From positions 558,001 to 622,000 of the forward strand of contig LSRY02000001.1 of NCBI GenBank assembly GCA_001643675.2: a stretch of 64,000 nucleotides of DNA, in the 5' to 3' direction. The DNA is from Monocercomonoides exilis PA203 (lineage: Eukaryota > Protista > Preaxostyla). The translations under genes were made by a program, and so were the position numbers. Positions 1 to 11,054 of this stretch are shown piece by piece. The notes beneath the pieces are model-generated. The model did no database searches, was not told the origin of the DNA, and saw only the letters and a list, made by a program, of their open reading frames with translations. Numbering within the stretch: the first letter of the stretch is position 1; the number at the start of each line of letters is the position of its first letter.

Positions 1-470
1 CAGATGAAAATCCGTTGCTGAGAGAAAGATAACATTCACAATTATCAACCAGCAGCTTTTCATCCTTTGCATCTTTCTTCCCATTTTCATCAATAATCAT
101 CTTTTTGATTCTTTCTTCCATAGAAGAATTTTTAAAGCCATCAACACTCATATTTTTCAGCACATTGCAATATCCAATATGCTTCAGCATCGAAGTGGCA
201 TTCCCCAATTGCAGTTTCTTTTCCTCAATCATTTTGTCTATTTTTTAAATAGCTCTGTCTTGGAAACAGATCTGAATTCATTTTCATTCATCTCTTCCAT
301 CACTTCATTCATCTCTTCGATTTTTTCTTTTTGCTTTCTCTTCGTGCAGCGTTCAAGCTCAGAAAATAATACTCAAAAAAAGAAAAGAAAGAAATGCAAT
401 ATAGAAGAATTTTAATCCAAATACAATTGCAAACCAGTTAACCTTTTTGTGTTGTCAGTCTCCTGTATTT
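1..470 (-). pseudogene. 5' part of a lineage-expanded helical-repeat family gene (copy A); runs off the window start and has an apparent frameshift
   Basis: The reverse strand encodes ELERCTKRKQKEKIEEMNE...MLKHIGYCNVLK...EKLLVDNCECYL, matching the copies at 32490 and 54083. Likely intron ~372-434 (GTTTGC donor). The A6 run at 241-246 is one base short relative to the paralogs, giving a frameshift (real or a homopolymer error). Confidence 0.75.
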
Positions 471-2319
471 TTTAAAATTATTTCGTTCAAAAAACAACAC
501 CATTTTTATCATTCACATTGAAAGAGTGTATGTTTGGATGAAAGACACAGATGAAAAATTAAAAACTCATAATAGAAATGGAAATAAATGCATTCACACC
601 ATTCTTTTTCGTTTGGGCATTTTTTGACAAGGGATTGCAAAAAGAAATAACTCTTTATCCTTTTTTCTTTTTTTGTTGTTATGGATGTTGTGATCGAATA
701 TATTTTTGTAACAAAATTATCCATTTGTTTAATGAAAGATATACTAATGAATATGTCATGCATATTAGGAATTATAATTTCAATAGATAGCAAAAGTCAT
801 AGGCAGCAGTGCATAGAAGTGTCGAATTTTGTGTGAAAATTTTTTGAAATTGGATGACCCAGAATAATCCAATGTTTAGAATGCTTAATGTGAATTATTA
901 ACTGCTTTTCCATTTAATGATCTTGCTCATTATGAATTTATTTCCATCTACAACATCCTCAAAACTCAATAATCAGGTAAATTATGTTAATTCAACATAA
1001 TTTTGCTTTTTTTTGGAGCAGAATTTCAGAAGAGAGCAATGTGCTAAGTTGTCAAAAACAAACAAACAAACATGAGACTTCTTTGCTATTTTTCTCAATC
1101 AGCTTGTACAGAAGATGAAAACAAATTTTATTGATAAAAAATTCATTGATAGGAAAAAAAAGAATGCAGGCAATTAGAGAACCTTCAGAATAATAAGCAA
1201 GGAGAACAGATAAAATGTTTTTGGGAAAAGTGAATATCTGGACATCGAGAATTGAATACTGGCTGCAAATTGCAACATGATCCCTTCAAAGCAACGAAAT
1301 AGGAGACAAGATAATTACTGATTGAACGATCATCTCATTTTCGTTTGGTGGGGCAGGTCCGATATTTGTTGACACTTTTATTTGTTAAGCATACATGCTT
1401 CTCATTTTTGGAATTGAAATAATAAACAATTGTTATCTACAGGTTTTTCACCGAAATGTGTTTTTGCTGGGATAACGAAATAATCAAAATGTTTTTGTCT
1501 TTTTCGATCTTCTATCGTTATGGAATTTGCTGTTATAGCAAATTTATCATTGGATGTTTTTTCTCGACTGTTTCATAAATCTTAGCGTGCCTTTAACAAT
1601 TTGAAATGATGTTGTTCATCTGTTCTTTCATCAGCATGTTCTTCACCTCTTCACATTACTCTGTCAACTTCTGAATTGAAATCAATTTTGTTGATTCATC
1701 CATTTGTTTCATGCTCACTTATGGAACGTTCAATGCATTTGTAAGTTATTTTGTTGTTTTATTCAATTACCATCTGCATTGTCATCTTCAATAGTTTATC
1801 TTTAATCAGCATCTGCTTCAGCAATTCAACCATCTATATTTTATTTTTTCCAGTCTCTTCTGCGAGTTGTTCTTCTGTAAGTACAGTTACTAATTTCATC
1901 ACCATTACCATCATCATGACATGAAACCCCTATTTTTCTTTTTGAATGATGGAATCTTCTTATTCGAATCCATGTTAACTGAATACCTCTTATTTCAATC
2001 TCACTGCAACAAGCCAGATAACAAATGTGAAAACAGTCCTTTTTTCAATTTCTTTCATCTTCAATATTCGATTTTCGATTTTCTTTTTCTTTTTCTTTTT
2101 CTTCTTCTTCTCAAATGACGATTCAACTTCCCTTCAACACTTTTAACTTTCCATATTTTGATAGTAAACATCCATTCCTTTGAACAATTGCAATCAATGA
2201 AAGAGCGCATGAGCCAGCTGCAAAGCATTGGACTAATGGAGAAGCGAAAAGCGATACAAAAAGCAGTCATTTGTAGAGAAAGAGAGAGAGAGAAAAAAGG
2301 AGAAAGTCGAAGAAAAATG

Positions 2320-2800
2320 GGCAAGATGCTACTTTAAGGGTACCCGATTTTTTCGTTAAATCCATGAATAAATAGCTTAAAAATGTAATGTCAAGACATT
2401 ATGAATGCATAAGGTAAATAATAACCAATTGATCAAAACTGAAAAGTATTGAATGGTTTTTTATTCAAATCTTAAGTTTTACGAGGTCTTTTTCAAACTT
2501 CATTAGAATACTTATATAGAGTTATTTTCTACCCAAACAATTGAAAATAGCAATGGTATTCAAATTTTAAAACCTAAAAATGCCTTTTTATTGTTATTTA
2601 ATAAATTTATCAAAAAAATTATTTAAAATTTCAATTAGGGGACAGTTGTTTTTGAGAACGAAAACCTTAAAAAAGAAAAATGATATATTAAACATATAGT
2701 CTACACCAAAGAGTGTTAATGATAGTTCACTCGAAAACATTTAGCCTTTTCATAAAGCTTATTTTTAATTTTTTAGGTACCCTTAAAGTAGCCTTTTGCC
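2320..2800. mobile_element. Non-autonomous MITE, Merlin/IS1016-like, 481 bp
   Basis: 25-bp TIRs GGCAAGATGCTACTTTAAGGGTACC (2320-2344) and GGTACCCTTAAAGTAGCCTTTTGCC (2776-2800), 23/25 match. Perfect 8-bp TSD GAAAAATG at 2312-2319 and 2801-2808. GG termini plus an 8-bp TSD are Merlin hallmarks. Confidence 0.85.
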
Positions 2801-3329
2801 GAAAAATGCCATTTTGAGTGAATGCATAAGGTGAAAGGAAAGAAGCAAGTGAAACAATAATTATGTGTCTCAAATAAGCAGAGCAAAAGAGAAGTTGTTG
2901 AATCACTTTGGTTAACAATTGAAAGATGAATGTTGAAAAATCAATTTATTAAAGAAAGAATCAACAATTCACTCAAAAAAGATATTCACTGAAGAAAAGA
3001 AGAAAATTGAGAATGAAAAAATGAATATTCTTATCTTTCTTTCTTTCTTTCTGGCTGATAGACTGTCAATCTGTCTTTGTTTTTTAATAGCAACCACCAT
3101 AGTTTGTTAATTATAATTCGGTTCTTTCTGCGTAAACAAAGAGTTTGGAAAAAGCAAATATGTTGTTAACATTTTTTTTTCGGAATTTAATATTCTTTCC
3201 AAAAAAATATTTTAAAGACATAAAGCATGATACCTACATCAAATGAAATATGCAATCGAGTGTTCATAATCATCATCAATAAAAATTGAAAAAATCATTA
3301 TAAAAATTTCCCCAAATGAAAATTAATTA

Positions 3330-6300
3330 ATGGGCTTGATCGTTACAACAATTACATTTATGAGCGAATCTGTTGACATTGCATTTTTGGAAAGTTTTGT
3401 TTTTGCAAAAACTTGTGAGGAAAGGAAAAAGGTGGTGGAAGAATTAACCTCAAACTCAGTGGAGAGGTTATATTACGGAATTTTGAATGAGCAATTGTCA
3501 TTTCCAGAAGGGGAGACAGAAGAAGAAAAATATCTTATGACCCAGCTAAAATCACTAGGGTACAACGGAAATAATATTTGGAATCTTTTTCAGCTTCGAC
3601 GAGGAATGATTTCGTTTTCTGCAAGCGATGAAAAAAAGAAGGCTGAAATTGTGAAATACCTTCGAGAAGACATTCTACACACGTCCTACAACCACACACG
3701 AGAAGTGGGAGCGATTGCAAGAATCGCAAATGCACCAGATGCGGATAAGGCAACTTTTTTGGATCCAGTGAAGTCTGATTTTGATAAAGCTGTTGAAAGC
3801 ATTGCATACGAAAATGACTTTATTTCTGATCTAAATTCTGAGGGGCTATTTCGAGTATCACACTTCAATTTTGATTCCGATGGTTTAAAACAATTTTTCA
3901 ATAAATTGCCAAATGCAACACTTCCAAACATGCTCGATTTAGTGATGAAGTATCTGGAAAATGATGGAAAATATAGCAAAATTGGAATAAACTTTACCAG
4001 GGAGCAACTAGAAACAATTATGGCTGTGTTTGTTGATGTTCTTCAAGACGATGCGTTTATTGAACATTATGTGCGCAGCTTGAAACCATGTGGTGAAATT
4101 GAGTTTGAGACTGACATGGAGGCGCAGCAACAATACTACGATGCTGTGTGGAATTTTGCCGTTAGACTTCCAGCTGTTAGCAGTGGCAAAAAGGCTGGAC
4201 TGATGCTTAGCTGTTTAGCGTTTGATGCCAAACATGGAGTATTCAAGAAAAATAGATTTTTAGAATATCTTGCCATTCCACAGTCGAATGTGTCTCTTCT
4301 TCAACTGCCTGAAAAGAGTGTTCGAAGGCGCTTAGAAGAATATTGCTCCATGGATCAAGACGTTTTTAGCAAGGTGTTGAATTACACTTGCAAAAGAGGA
4401 ACTGAAGGAGAGTGGTGGAACCGAGCAGACGATGTTGTTCGAAGATATCTGCTTGAATTTCTTCGCATCGCAGACAACACAAGTGAATTTGAGGACTATG
4501 TACAGAAAGAAAGGCTTCATGGCTTATTTATTGAAGCAAAGCTGCTTGATGGACAGTTTAAGTGCGTTGAGAAAGTGTCGAAACCAGAGGATAACTGGCT
4601 AATAGAGCATGTTACTGGAAGAGTGGAGATGGCATTTGCGGATGAGAATCCTGAAGTATTTGACGGAGAAGACAATTCCGTTCGGTTTGTTTCCGTGAAG
4701 GTGAAGAATGTGAAGGAGATGAAGGTGCAAGTGTTCGAGATGAATACACTGTCATATTACATGTTGGAGAAGCGGGAGATTACCAGCAATGTGGCTCTTG
4801 ATGGCCTTGTAGCTGCAGAAGAACGTATTATGAAGTTTGACAGGATCAATCGAGCTGTGCTGCATGTGGAGCGTGTGGAGCTGTCTTCATTGGGAAAAAA
4901 ACGCGGAGTGTTTGTGGTGGTGCTGACAGGAGCAGGGCTGACAAGTAGGGCAATCATCCGAAAGGGATCGCTGCGATTGGCAAGCCGCTGCACGGCACAC
5001 GGACAGGCAGTGACAATATTGACTGAAAAGAACGAAGTGGTCGATTGGGAGCGGAGCTGCATCTGGATCGATGGGCGAAAGTACAGCAAATCTACTAATC
5101 CAGCAAAAGAAACAGGGTTGCTTGAGAATGGGGAGATTCTTGTGCCGTATCGAACGGGAAATGATCAGTTTAACGAGATTTTGAAGGATGTGATCATTGG
5201 CGATGAGAAAGATGAGTTTTATGTGCAAACAAGTTTTCGGCATATGAAGGAAGAATACAAGTTTCAATGTGGTATCTACGCTGATCGAGAGGAGTTAACG
5301 CGATATACACAGGCGCACATTATACTTAGACCTCAGCTTCGGTGCAATGGAACAGCGGCATCAGTGACAATGGTGGAGAATGTGAACGTGACTGTCACTG
5401 CCACAAACATGGACGGAGTTCCAACAGTTAGGCAATACGACGATGTGGAGCTGCACGATGGAGAAGTGAGTGTGGTGCGCTTTGAGATAGGCGAGGGGTT
5501 GAGGCAGCTTGCGGTGCGAGTTAGTGGTGCTGTGCGTGTATTGTCTGACTTGGGTCGGAAAGTGGATGTCGCTGCAGAAAGGGTGTTCAGCGTGAATCAG
5601 GTGGATGAAACAATGACTGTTGCACAGGCTGCATTGCGGAGGGAGGCTGGTCGCGGCTACGTGCTGGAGTTGTTTGGGAAGGCTGGAGAGAAGTTGTGCG
5701 GGCAGGAGATGTCGCTGACACTGCATTGGCGCCAGTTTAACAACACCAACCACAGCGTCAGCGGAATTAATCTTCTGAGCGATGAAAACGGAGAGGTGGA
5801 GCTGGGATATCTTCAGGATGTGATCGGGATCGAGGTGCGTGTTAAAGTTAAAAACAGTCCATACAAATCCAATGAGTTGATGGGCTTTGCTGTTGAAGAC
5901 GGAAGAGGACGATATGGTGGAGAAGAAAGAGATGGCGCTGACCTGACATATGTTGCAATGGAAGGAGAGGAACTTAGATTGCCTTTTGTGAGCAAAGGCT
6001 GGGAAGAAGAGAAGAAGTATCTGACATTAATGCTGATGAATGTGGATGGTATGCCTGGTGAAGATCTGACGCGGCTGTTGGCTGTAGATGAGGGAGAGAT
6101 TGTGCTTCCGGGTATATTGAAAGCAGGTGACTATGAACTGTTTGACTGGAAATGTGAAAAAACAACAAAAATCGCAATTCTTTCGCGATGGAGAGGAAAA
6201 GAAAAGGAGAAAGATAAACAAGCAGAAAACAAAGAGACGAGCAGACATCTCATTGGCAAACGTCGAGTAGGGAAGTGGAAGAGCGAGCGTACTGTGCACA

Positions 6301-9300
6301 TTGTGTCTGCAAAGCAGGAGAAGAACGGTGATATTGAAATCAAATTATCTGAATGCTCAGAGATGACGCGGATACATCTGTTTGGAACAAGGCTCGTGGA
6401 GGCATTTGATGCAGGTACACTTTTGTCTGGGTTTAAATGGCTTGGAGGAAGAGCAACAAAATATCTGGAGGCACAGTCGTTCTATGAGAATGAGAAGCGG
6501 CTGGGAAGCGAGCAGGAATACATTCTGGAGAGGCAAAAGAGCGAGCGGAAGGTGGGAATGATGCTGGATGCTCCGGGATTGGTGGTGAATGCAATTGTGA
6601 ATGGCAACACTAGAAGGGAAGAAGCACGAACAACACAAGGCGAGCGGTTCAGCGGAAGAGGAGGCGAAGCCGGAGGTGCTTACAGCGATTCAGAGAAGGA
6701 CATTGACGATTATAGAGAAGGCAAAGCTTCAGGCGGGGATGTGATGCTGCTTGGGACAAATATACCTGGCAAAGAAAACGTGAATGACAGGAAGAACATT
6801 GACTTTCTTGTGGAACCGACAATGGTGCTTGTGAACCTGAAAGTGGGGGAAGTGGATGCTAACGGAAGAGCAAAGGTTATCATTCCAGCACAGTTTCTGA
6901 AGTGCGTTCACAGACAGCTTAAAGTTGTGGCAACAGACGTGGAAGGAGTCGATGCAAAGACAGTGGAGCTGGATGAGGCGAAGACCAGACAAGGGCAGAA
7001 AAAAGAAGGGAAAGAGGAGGAAGCCACAAGAGACATGCGGCTGATGGCGCCTCTGGACTGCAATGTGCATGTGGTGGAGAGGAAGATAGCAGACGTGGTA
7101 CTTGGAGAAGGAGAGTTCAATGAGGCAGAAGAAGCAGATGCATCTGAAGGGCACTGGAATGTTGGAGTTGGGTCTTGCATTAGCGTGGGGCAGCCGAAGC
7201 AGCAACGAGTGATCAAAGACCTGTCATCATCGAGCCATGTGACATTCTGCTGCTTGAGGGGGCTTCTGCGGTTGTATGCTTCTCTTTACGAGAGCGAGCA
7301 TATATCTCCAAGCTACAGAGACAATCTGAAGAAATATGAAGAGCTGTTTGGAGATTTGGAGCGTATGGATGTTAGCTGCAATTCTGAGGAAGGAGCAGAA
7401 GAGAAAGAGAAAGAGAAAGAGAAGCGCAAAGGAAAGAAGACATCAGCAGACGAGGAAGAGCTGAAGAAGCGGTGGGGCAGCATGGCATGCCACGAGGTGC
7501 ATGTGCTGTTGTGGAAGAGAGCACCACAATTCTTCGCAAAGCATGTAGCGCCATCGCTGAGGTGGAAGAAGGAGAAAGGAGTGATTGACTATGTCTTGAG
7601 TGGATCAGAGGATGTGCACGTGTTCGAGCGCTTTGCTCATCCTGCCCAGTTTGAGCAGCTGAATGCATTTGAGCAGATCTTGGTGATGAAAAGGCTGCTG
7701 GAACTGTACGAGGCAGCAGTGAGAAGAGCAACAGACGAAAAGAGCGAGAAGAGTTGTGTGAATGCGCAAAGAAGACTTGCTGAACACAAAAGGCGTTGCG
7801 TGGCATTTGTAAAGGATGCTGAAGAACGAGTGAAAGCGAAGGTTGTGGATCGAGAGAGAGAAAGTCGTATGTTTGAGGTTGCATTGACTGCTGGGCTGGA
7901 CACAAAAAAGGAAAAGACTTCGAAACCGGAAAAGCTGGAAGAGCGATTAAGAATGGAAGAGGAAATGAAAAAAAGAAAAGATGCTGAACGACAAAAGGAA
8001 AGAAAAAAAAGTGAAGCGGAATATGAACGGGCAAAACCAAGATCAATACTTGAAGATTTGAATGCAAAATTGTCATTAAGACGAAGCGCATGCTCAAATT
8101 CTTGCGACGATGAAGCTGAGTCGGGGAGCTCTTACTCGGAATCAGATGGATCTGATTCTAGATCTGATTCCGAATCTAGTAGTTCATCAAGGAGATTCAA
8201 AAAATCAAGAAAATCCTTTAAATCGAATAGCAATAGCAAGATGTGTCAAAAACGTAAAAAAATGGAGCATAAGCCTATGATGCGCATGGCAGCAGCAGAA
8301 GTTCCGGCAGTTCCACATTTCAAGCAGGTGGAGAACACGAAGGAGTACAGAGAAAGCGGCTACTGGAACGTGGAGTCTCCGACCAGGTTTCTGATCCCTT
8401 GGAGCCGCTTTATGGTCGATTATGCAATACACGAACTGGGCAGAGTGGTGGAAGAGGCAGAGATCGAAATTTGTGAGAGTGGAAAGAAGGAGAACAGAAT
8501 AAATAGGAGAATGTGGACAAATGCACCAGGAAAACCATTTATTTCACCATTTCTGATGGATGCAGTGTCATCGTTTGCTGAGACTGCCATTGCAATTGCA
8601 CTGAGCGATGTGAGTGTGAGTCGAGCGCGTGAGGAAACGAGCGTTATGACACTGGAAGGTGTTAGCAGGGCGACCATCAAATCAAAGAGTCCAATTCTTG
8701 TATTTACGAAAGAGATTGAGGAGGTGGAAAACAACTGCAAACAGAATGAAGACGCCCCTTCATCTTCAACTGTTCATTCCGCATCCGCTTCCGCTTCTGT
8801 ATCTGCAAAAACTGAAAATCGATCGACAGAAGAACAAAGAAAAATGCGAAAAGAGCTGGAGGATCGGATTATTGTGCAGGAGCTTGTAGTTAATGTTGGA
8901 CGCGAAACAGTTTGGGACAACGAAGAGAACTGCAACGTGCGACGGTACATCAACTGGGCAGAGCTGTGTGCCGGCGAAGGCTACACCTGCGATGTGATTG
9001 TCACCAACACGAGTGCAGGGCCAGTGACAGTCGATGTTCTCAGCCAGATTCCCGAGGGTGCAGTAGCCATTGGGAGAGGATTCACCACAAAGACACGGAG
9101 CATCGTGCTGCAGGGCTTCCGGACGGAGATTCTGAGGTACTCGTTCTACTTCCCGTTTGCCGGGCAGTTCAGACACTTTGCGACACATGTGTCTGTGAAA
9201 GGGAACTATATTGGATGCAGCGTTGAAGGAGGACATCGCATCCGTGTGATGACTCCAGAGGAGGCAAACTCAGTCGTCAAGAAGGACGACGAAGACTGGG

Positions 9301-11054
9301 ACAGCATTGCACGCGACGGGTCAGACGAAGCGCTGTATGCATTCTTGGAAGGCAACAACGTGTTCCAGAGCAACGTGAAACTGTCCTCGATCTGCTGGAG
9401 ACTGCGCGAAAAGGCAGTGTTTGATCGAGTGATTGAGATTCTGCTGAGACGCGAGTTGTACGATGATAGTGTGTATTCATATGCGCTGATGCATAACGGA
9501 CCAGAAGCAGCGATCAAACTGTATCTGATGCAGAAAGGTTCTAATACGATTGAAGGGATACTGCCAGAGTATGACACAATCAAGTCGTGCATCTACCAGC
9601 AGGATCCTGTCCAGAACGGGAAAGTGCGGCTGCTCGAGTACCGCCCTCTGATCAATGCGAGAACATTCCACCACGGAAAGGGATCAGAACAGATTGCAAA
9701 CAAAGACCTTGCAAAACAATACAGAAAGTATCTGAGCTATTTGGCGCATGGTGCTGTGCTGGAGCCAGGGAAGCCGAGAAAGGTGAAGAGCGAGATGTTG
9801 ATTGATGACAAGGAGAAGCTGGTGCTGGTGTACTATCTGGTTCTTCAGGAGCGGATAAAGGAGGCAATCGAACTGTTCGACTCAATCGGTTCAGAAGCAT
9901 CATCGTCTTCAACTCCATCATTATCTTCAACTCCATCATTATCTTCAACTCCATCATTATCTTCAACTCCATCATCATCTTCTTCCAATTCAGAGAAAGA
10001 CAAAAAGCTGAGTGCAGAAGATGCACACGAGATGAGCCTGCAATACGATTATATGAGAGCTTATTTGGACTTCTGTCGGCCAATCTACAATGCCAGCTGC
10101 GGAGATGATCAGTCTGCAAGCAGCTCAAGTGGATGCAACGTGCCAACGTTGACAGCAGCGAGGGAAGTGGTGGCAAAGAGAAGAGAAGAGCCGATTACTC
10201 GGTGGAGGTTGATGTTTGAGCAGCTGGAAGAGCAACTGAAGGAGATTGACAAAGCTTATGATGATGCCAATACGGAGATGGAGAAAGAGAAAGAGAAAGC
10301 CAAAGACAAGAAGGAAGAGAAAGAAGAGAAAGAAAGAGGAATGCTGCTGGAGAGTGAAGTTGAAAGAGAAAGTAAAAGACAGAAGATGTTGGCAGAATCA
10401 ATGGTTGCCGAAACGCAGCTGGAGCTGAAGGTGGATGCAGAGAAGATGGAAGCACATCTGATTCAGAAGAACGGAAGAGAAAGAAGAGGGAAAGTGAGAT
10501 TCTATTTGGTGAACATGGAGCTTATGTTCAGCATGAAGCCATTCATGAAGTGGAACTCAGACCCGATGTTTTCTCTTGTGAAGGCAACGAAAGAAATAAA
10601 GGTTTCGTTTGCCAAGGACAAAGAAGGGAAAGAAGGCAAAGAAGAGCTTCATGAAGAGATAATTGTGAAGATTCCTGAAGAATTCAAGCACAAGAATGCT
10701 TTTGTTGAAGCCGAGTATTGTGGGAAGAAGCGTCTTTCAGAGTGCTTCAGCCACGGCATGGACATCACAATGTACGAGGCGACGGGAAGACTGCGTGTGG
10801 CGAGCAAGAAGACAGGGCTGCCAGTAGCGAAGGCGTATGTGAAGGTGTACAGCCAGAGAGAAGGCGAAGGCACAGCAGGAACATTTGTGAAGGATGGATT
10901 CACAGACGTGCGTGGTTGCTTTGATTATGCGTCGGTGAATAGCGGAGATATCAGAGGCAGGCAAGACGGGAGAGAGAAGAAGTATGCAGTGCTTATCTCG
11001 AGCGATGAATATGGCTGTGATGTGAGGGAAGTTAAAGCCCCAGCTGAACATTAA
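3330..11054 (+). CDS. Giant intronless 2574-aa protein of an uncharacterised family with alpha-2-macroglobulin (MG-domain)-like segments
   Basis: Uninterrupted 7.7-kb ORF. Segments YTCDVIVTN...DVLSQIPEGA...YSFYFPFAGQFRHF and C-terminal GRLRV...AYVKVY...FVKDGFTDVRGCFDYAS. Charged low-complexity central insert. No signal peptide, TM segment or GCGEQ thioester motif seen. The true start may be the second Met at 3360. Confidence 0.8.
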   Translation: MGLIVTTITFMSESVDIAFLESFVFAKTCEERKKVVEELTSNSVERLYYGILNEQLSFPEGETEEEKYLMTQLKSLGYNGNNIWNLFQLRRGMISFSASDEKKKAEIVKYLREDILHTSYNHTREVGAIARIANAPDADKATFLDPVKSDFDKAVESIAYENDFISDLNSEGLFRVSHFNFDSDGLKQFFNKLPNATLPNMLDLVMKYLENDGKYSKIGINFTREQLETIMAVFVDVLQDDAFIEHYVRSLKPCGEIEFETDMEAQQQYYDAVWNFAVRLPAVSSGKKAGLMLSCLAFDAKHGVFKKNRFLEYLAIPQSNVSLLQLPEKSVRRRLEEYCSMDQDVFSKVLNYTCKRGTEGEWWNRADDVVRRYLLEFLRIADNTSEFEDYVQKERLHGLFIEAKLLDGQFKCVEKVSKPEDNWLIEHVTGRVEMAFADENPEVFDGEDNSVRFVSVKVKNVKEMKVQVFEMNTLSYYMLEKREITSNVALDGLVAAEERIMKFDRINRAVLHVERVELSSLGKKRGVFVVVLTGAGLTSRAIIRKGSLRLASRCTAHGQAVTILTEKNEVVDWERSCIWIDGRKYSKSTNPAKETGLLENGEILVPYRTGNDQFNEILKDVIIGDEKDEFYVQTSFRHMKEEYKFQCGIYADREELTRYTQAHIILRPQLRCNGTAASVTMVENVNVTVTATNMDGVPTVRQYDDVELHDGEVSVVRFEIGEGLRQLAVRVSGAVRVLSDLGRKVDVAAERVFSVNQVDETMTVAQAALRREAGRGYVLELFGKAGEKLCGQEMSLTLHWRQFNNTNHSVSGINLLSDENGEVELGYLQDVIGIEVRVKVKNSPYKSNELMGFAVEDGRGRYGGEERDGADLTYVAMEGEELRLPFVSKGWEEEKKYLTLMLMNVDGMPGEDLTRLLAVDEGEIVLPGILKAGDYELFDWKCEKTTKIAILSRWRGKEKEKDKQAENKETSRHLIGKRRVGKWKSERTVHIVSAKQEKNGDIEIKLSECSEMTRIHLFGTRLVEAFDAGTLLSGFKWLGGRATKYLEAQSFYENEKRLGSEQEYILERQKSERKVGMMLDAPGLVVNAIVNGNTRREEARTTQGERFSGRGGEAGGAYSDSEKDIDDYREGKASGGDVMLLGTNIPGKENVNDRKNIDFLVEPTMVLVNLKVGEVDANGRAKVIIPAQFLKCVHRQLKVVATDVEGVDAKTVELDEAKTRQGQKKEGKEEEATRDMRLMAPLDCNVHVVERKIADVVLGEGEFNEAEEADASEGHWNVGVGSCISVGQPKQQRVIKDLSSSSHVTFCCLRGLLRLYASLYESEHISPSYRDNLKKYEELFGDLERMDVSCNSEEGAEEKEKEKEKRKGKKTSADEEELKKRWGSMACHEVHVLLWKRAPQFFAKHVAPSLRWKKEKGVIDYVLSGSEDVHVFERFAHPAQFEQLNAFEQILVMKRLLELYEAAVRRATDEKSEKSCVNAQRRLAEHKRRCVAFVKDAEERVKAKVVDRERESRMFEVALTAGLDTKKEKTSKPEKLEERLRMEEEMKKRKDAERQKERKKSEAEYERAKPRSILEDLNAKLSLRRSACSNSCDDEAESGSSYSESDGSDSRSDSESSSSSRRFKKSRKSFKSNSNSKMCQKRKKMEHKPMMRMAAAEVPAVPHFKQVENTKEYRESGYWNVESPTRFLIPWSRFMVDYAIHELGRVVEEAEIEICESGKKENRINRRMWTNAPGKPFISPFLMDAVSSFAETAIAIALSDVSVSRAREETSVMTLEGVSRATIKSKSPILVFTKEIEEVENNCKQNEDAPSSSTVHSASASASVSAKTENRSTEEQRKMRKELEDRIIVQELVVNVGRETVWDNEENCNVRRYINWAELCAGEGYTCDVIVTNTSAGPVTVDVLSQIPEGAVAIGRGFTTKTRSIVLQGFRTEILRYSFYFPFAGQFRHFATHVSVKGNYIGCSVEGGHRIRVMTPEEANSVVKKDDEDWDSIARDGSDEALYAFLEGNNVFQSNVKLSSICWRLREKAVFDRVIEILLRRELYDDSVYSYALMHNGPEAAIKLYLMQKGSNTIEGILPEYDTIKSCIYQQDPVQNGKVRLLEYRPLINARTFHHGKGSEQIANKDLAKQYRKYLSYLAHGAVLEPGKPRKVKSEMLIDDKEKLVLVYYLVLQERIKEAIELFDSIGSEASSSSTPSLSSTPSLSSTPSLSSTPSSSSSNSEKDKKLSAEDAHEMSLQYDYMRAYLDFCRPIYNASCGDDQSASSSSGCNVPTLTAAREVVAKRREEPITRWRLMFEQLEEQLKEIDKAYDDANTEMEKEKEKAKDKKEEKEEKERGMLLESEVERESKRQKMLAESMVAETQLELKVDAEKMEAHLIQKNGRERRGKVRFYLVNMELMFSMKPFMKWNSDPMFSLVKATKEIKVSFAKDKEGKEGKEELHEEIIVKIPEEFKHKNAFVEAEYCGKKRLSECFSHGMDITMYEATGRLRVASKKTGLPVAKAYVKVYSQREGEGTAGTFVKDGFTDVRGCFDYASVNSGDIRGRQDGREKKYAVLISSDEYGCDVREVKAPAEH
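9906..9977 (+). repeat. In-frame 18-bp tandem repeat x4 (TCTTCAACTCCATCATTA, encoding SSTPSL)
   Basis: Four near-identical 18-bp units read directly. Confidence 0.9.

Noticed and set aside
4087-4105. PCGEI as a possible alpha-2-macroglobulin thioester site
   Set aside because: It lacks the required Gln of CxEQ and lies in the N-terminal helical region.
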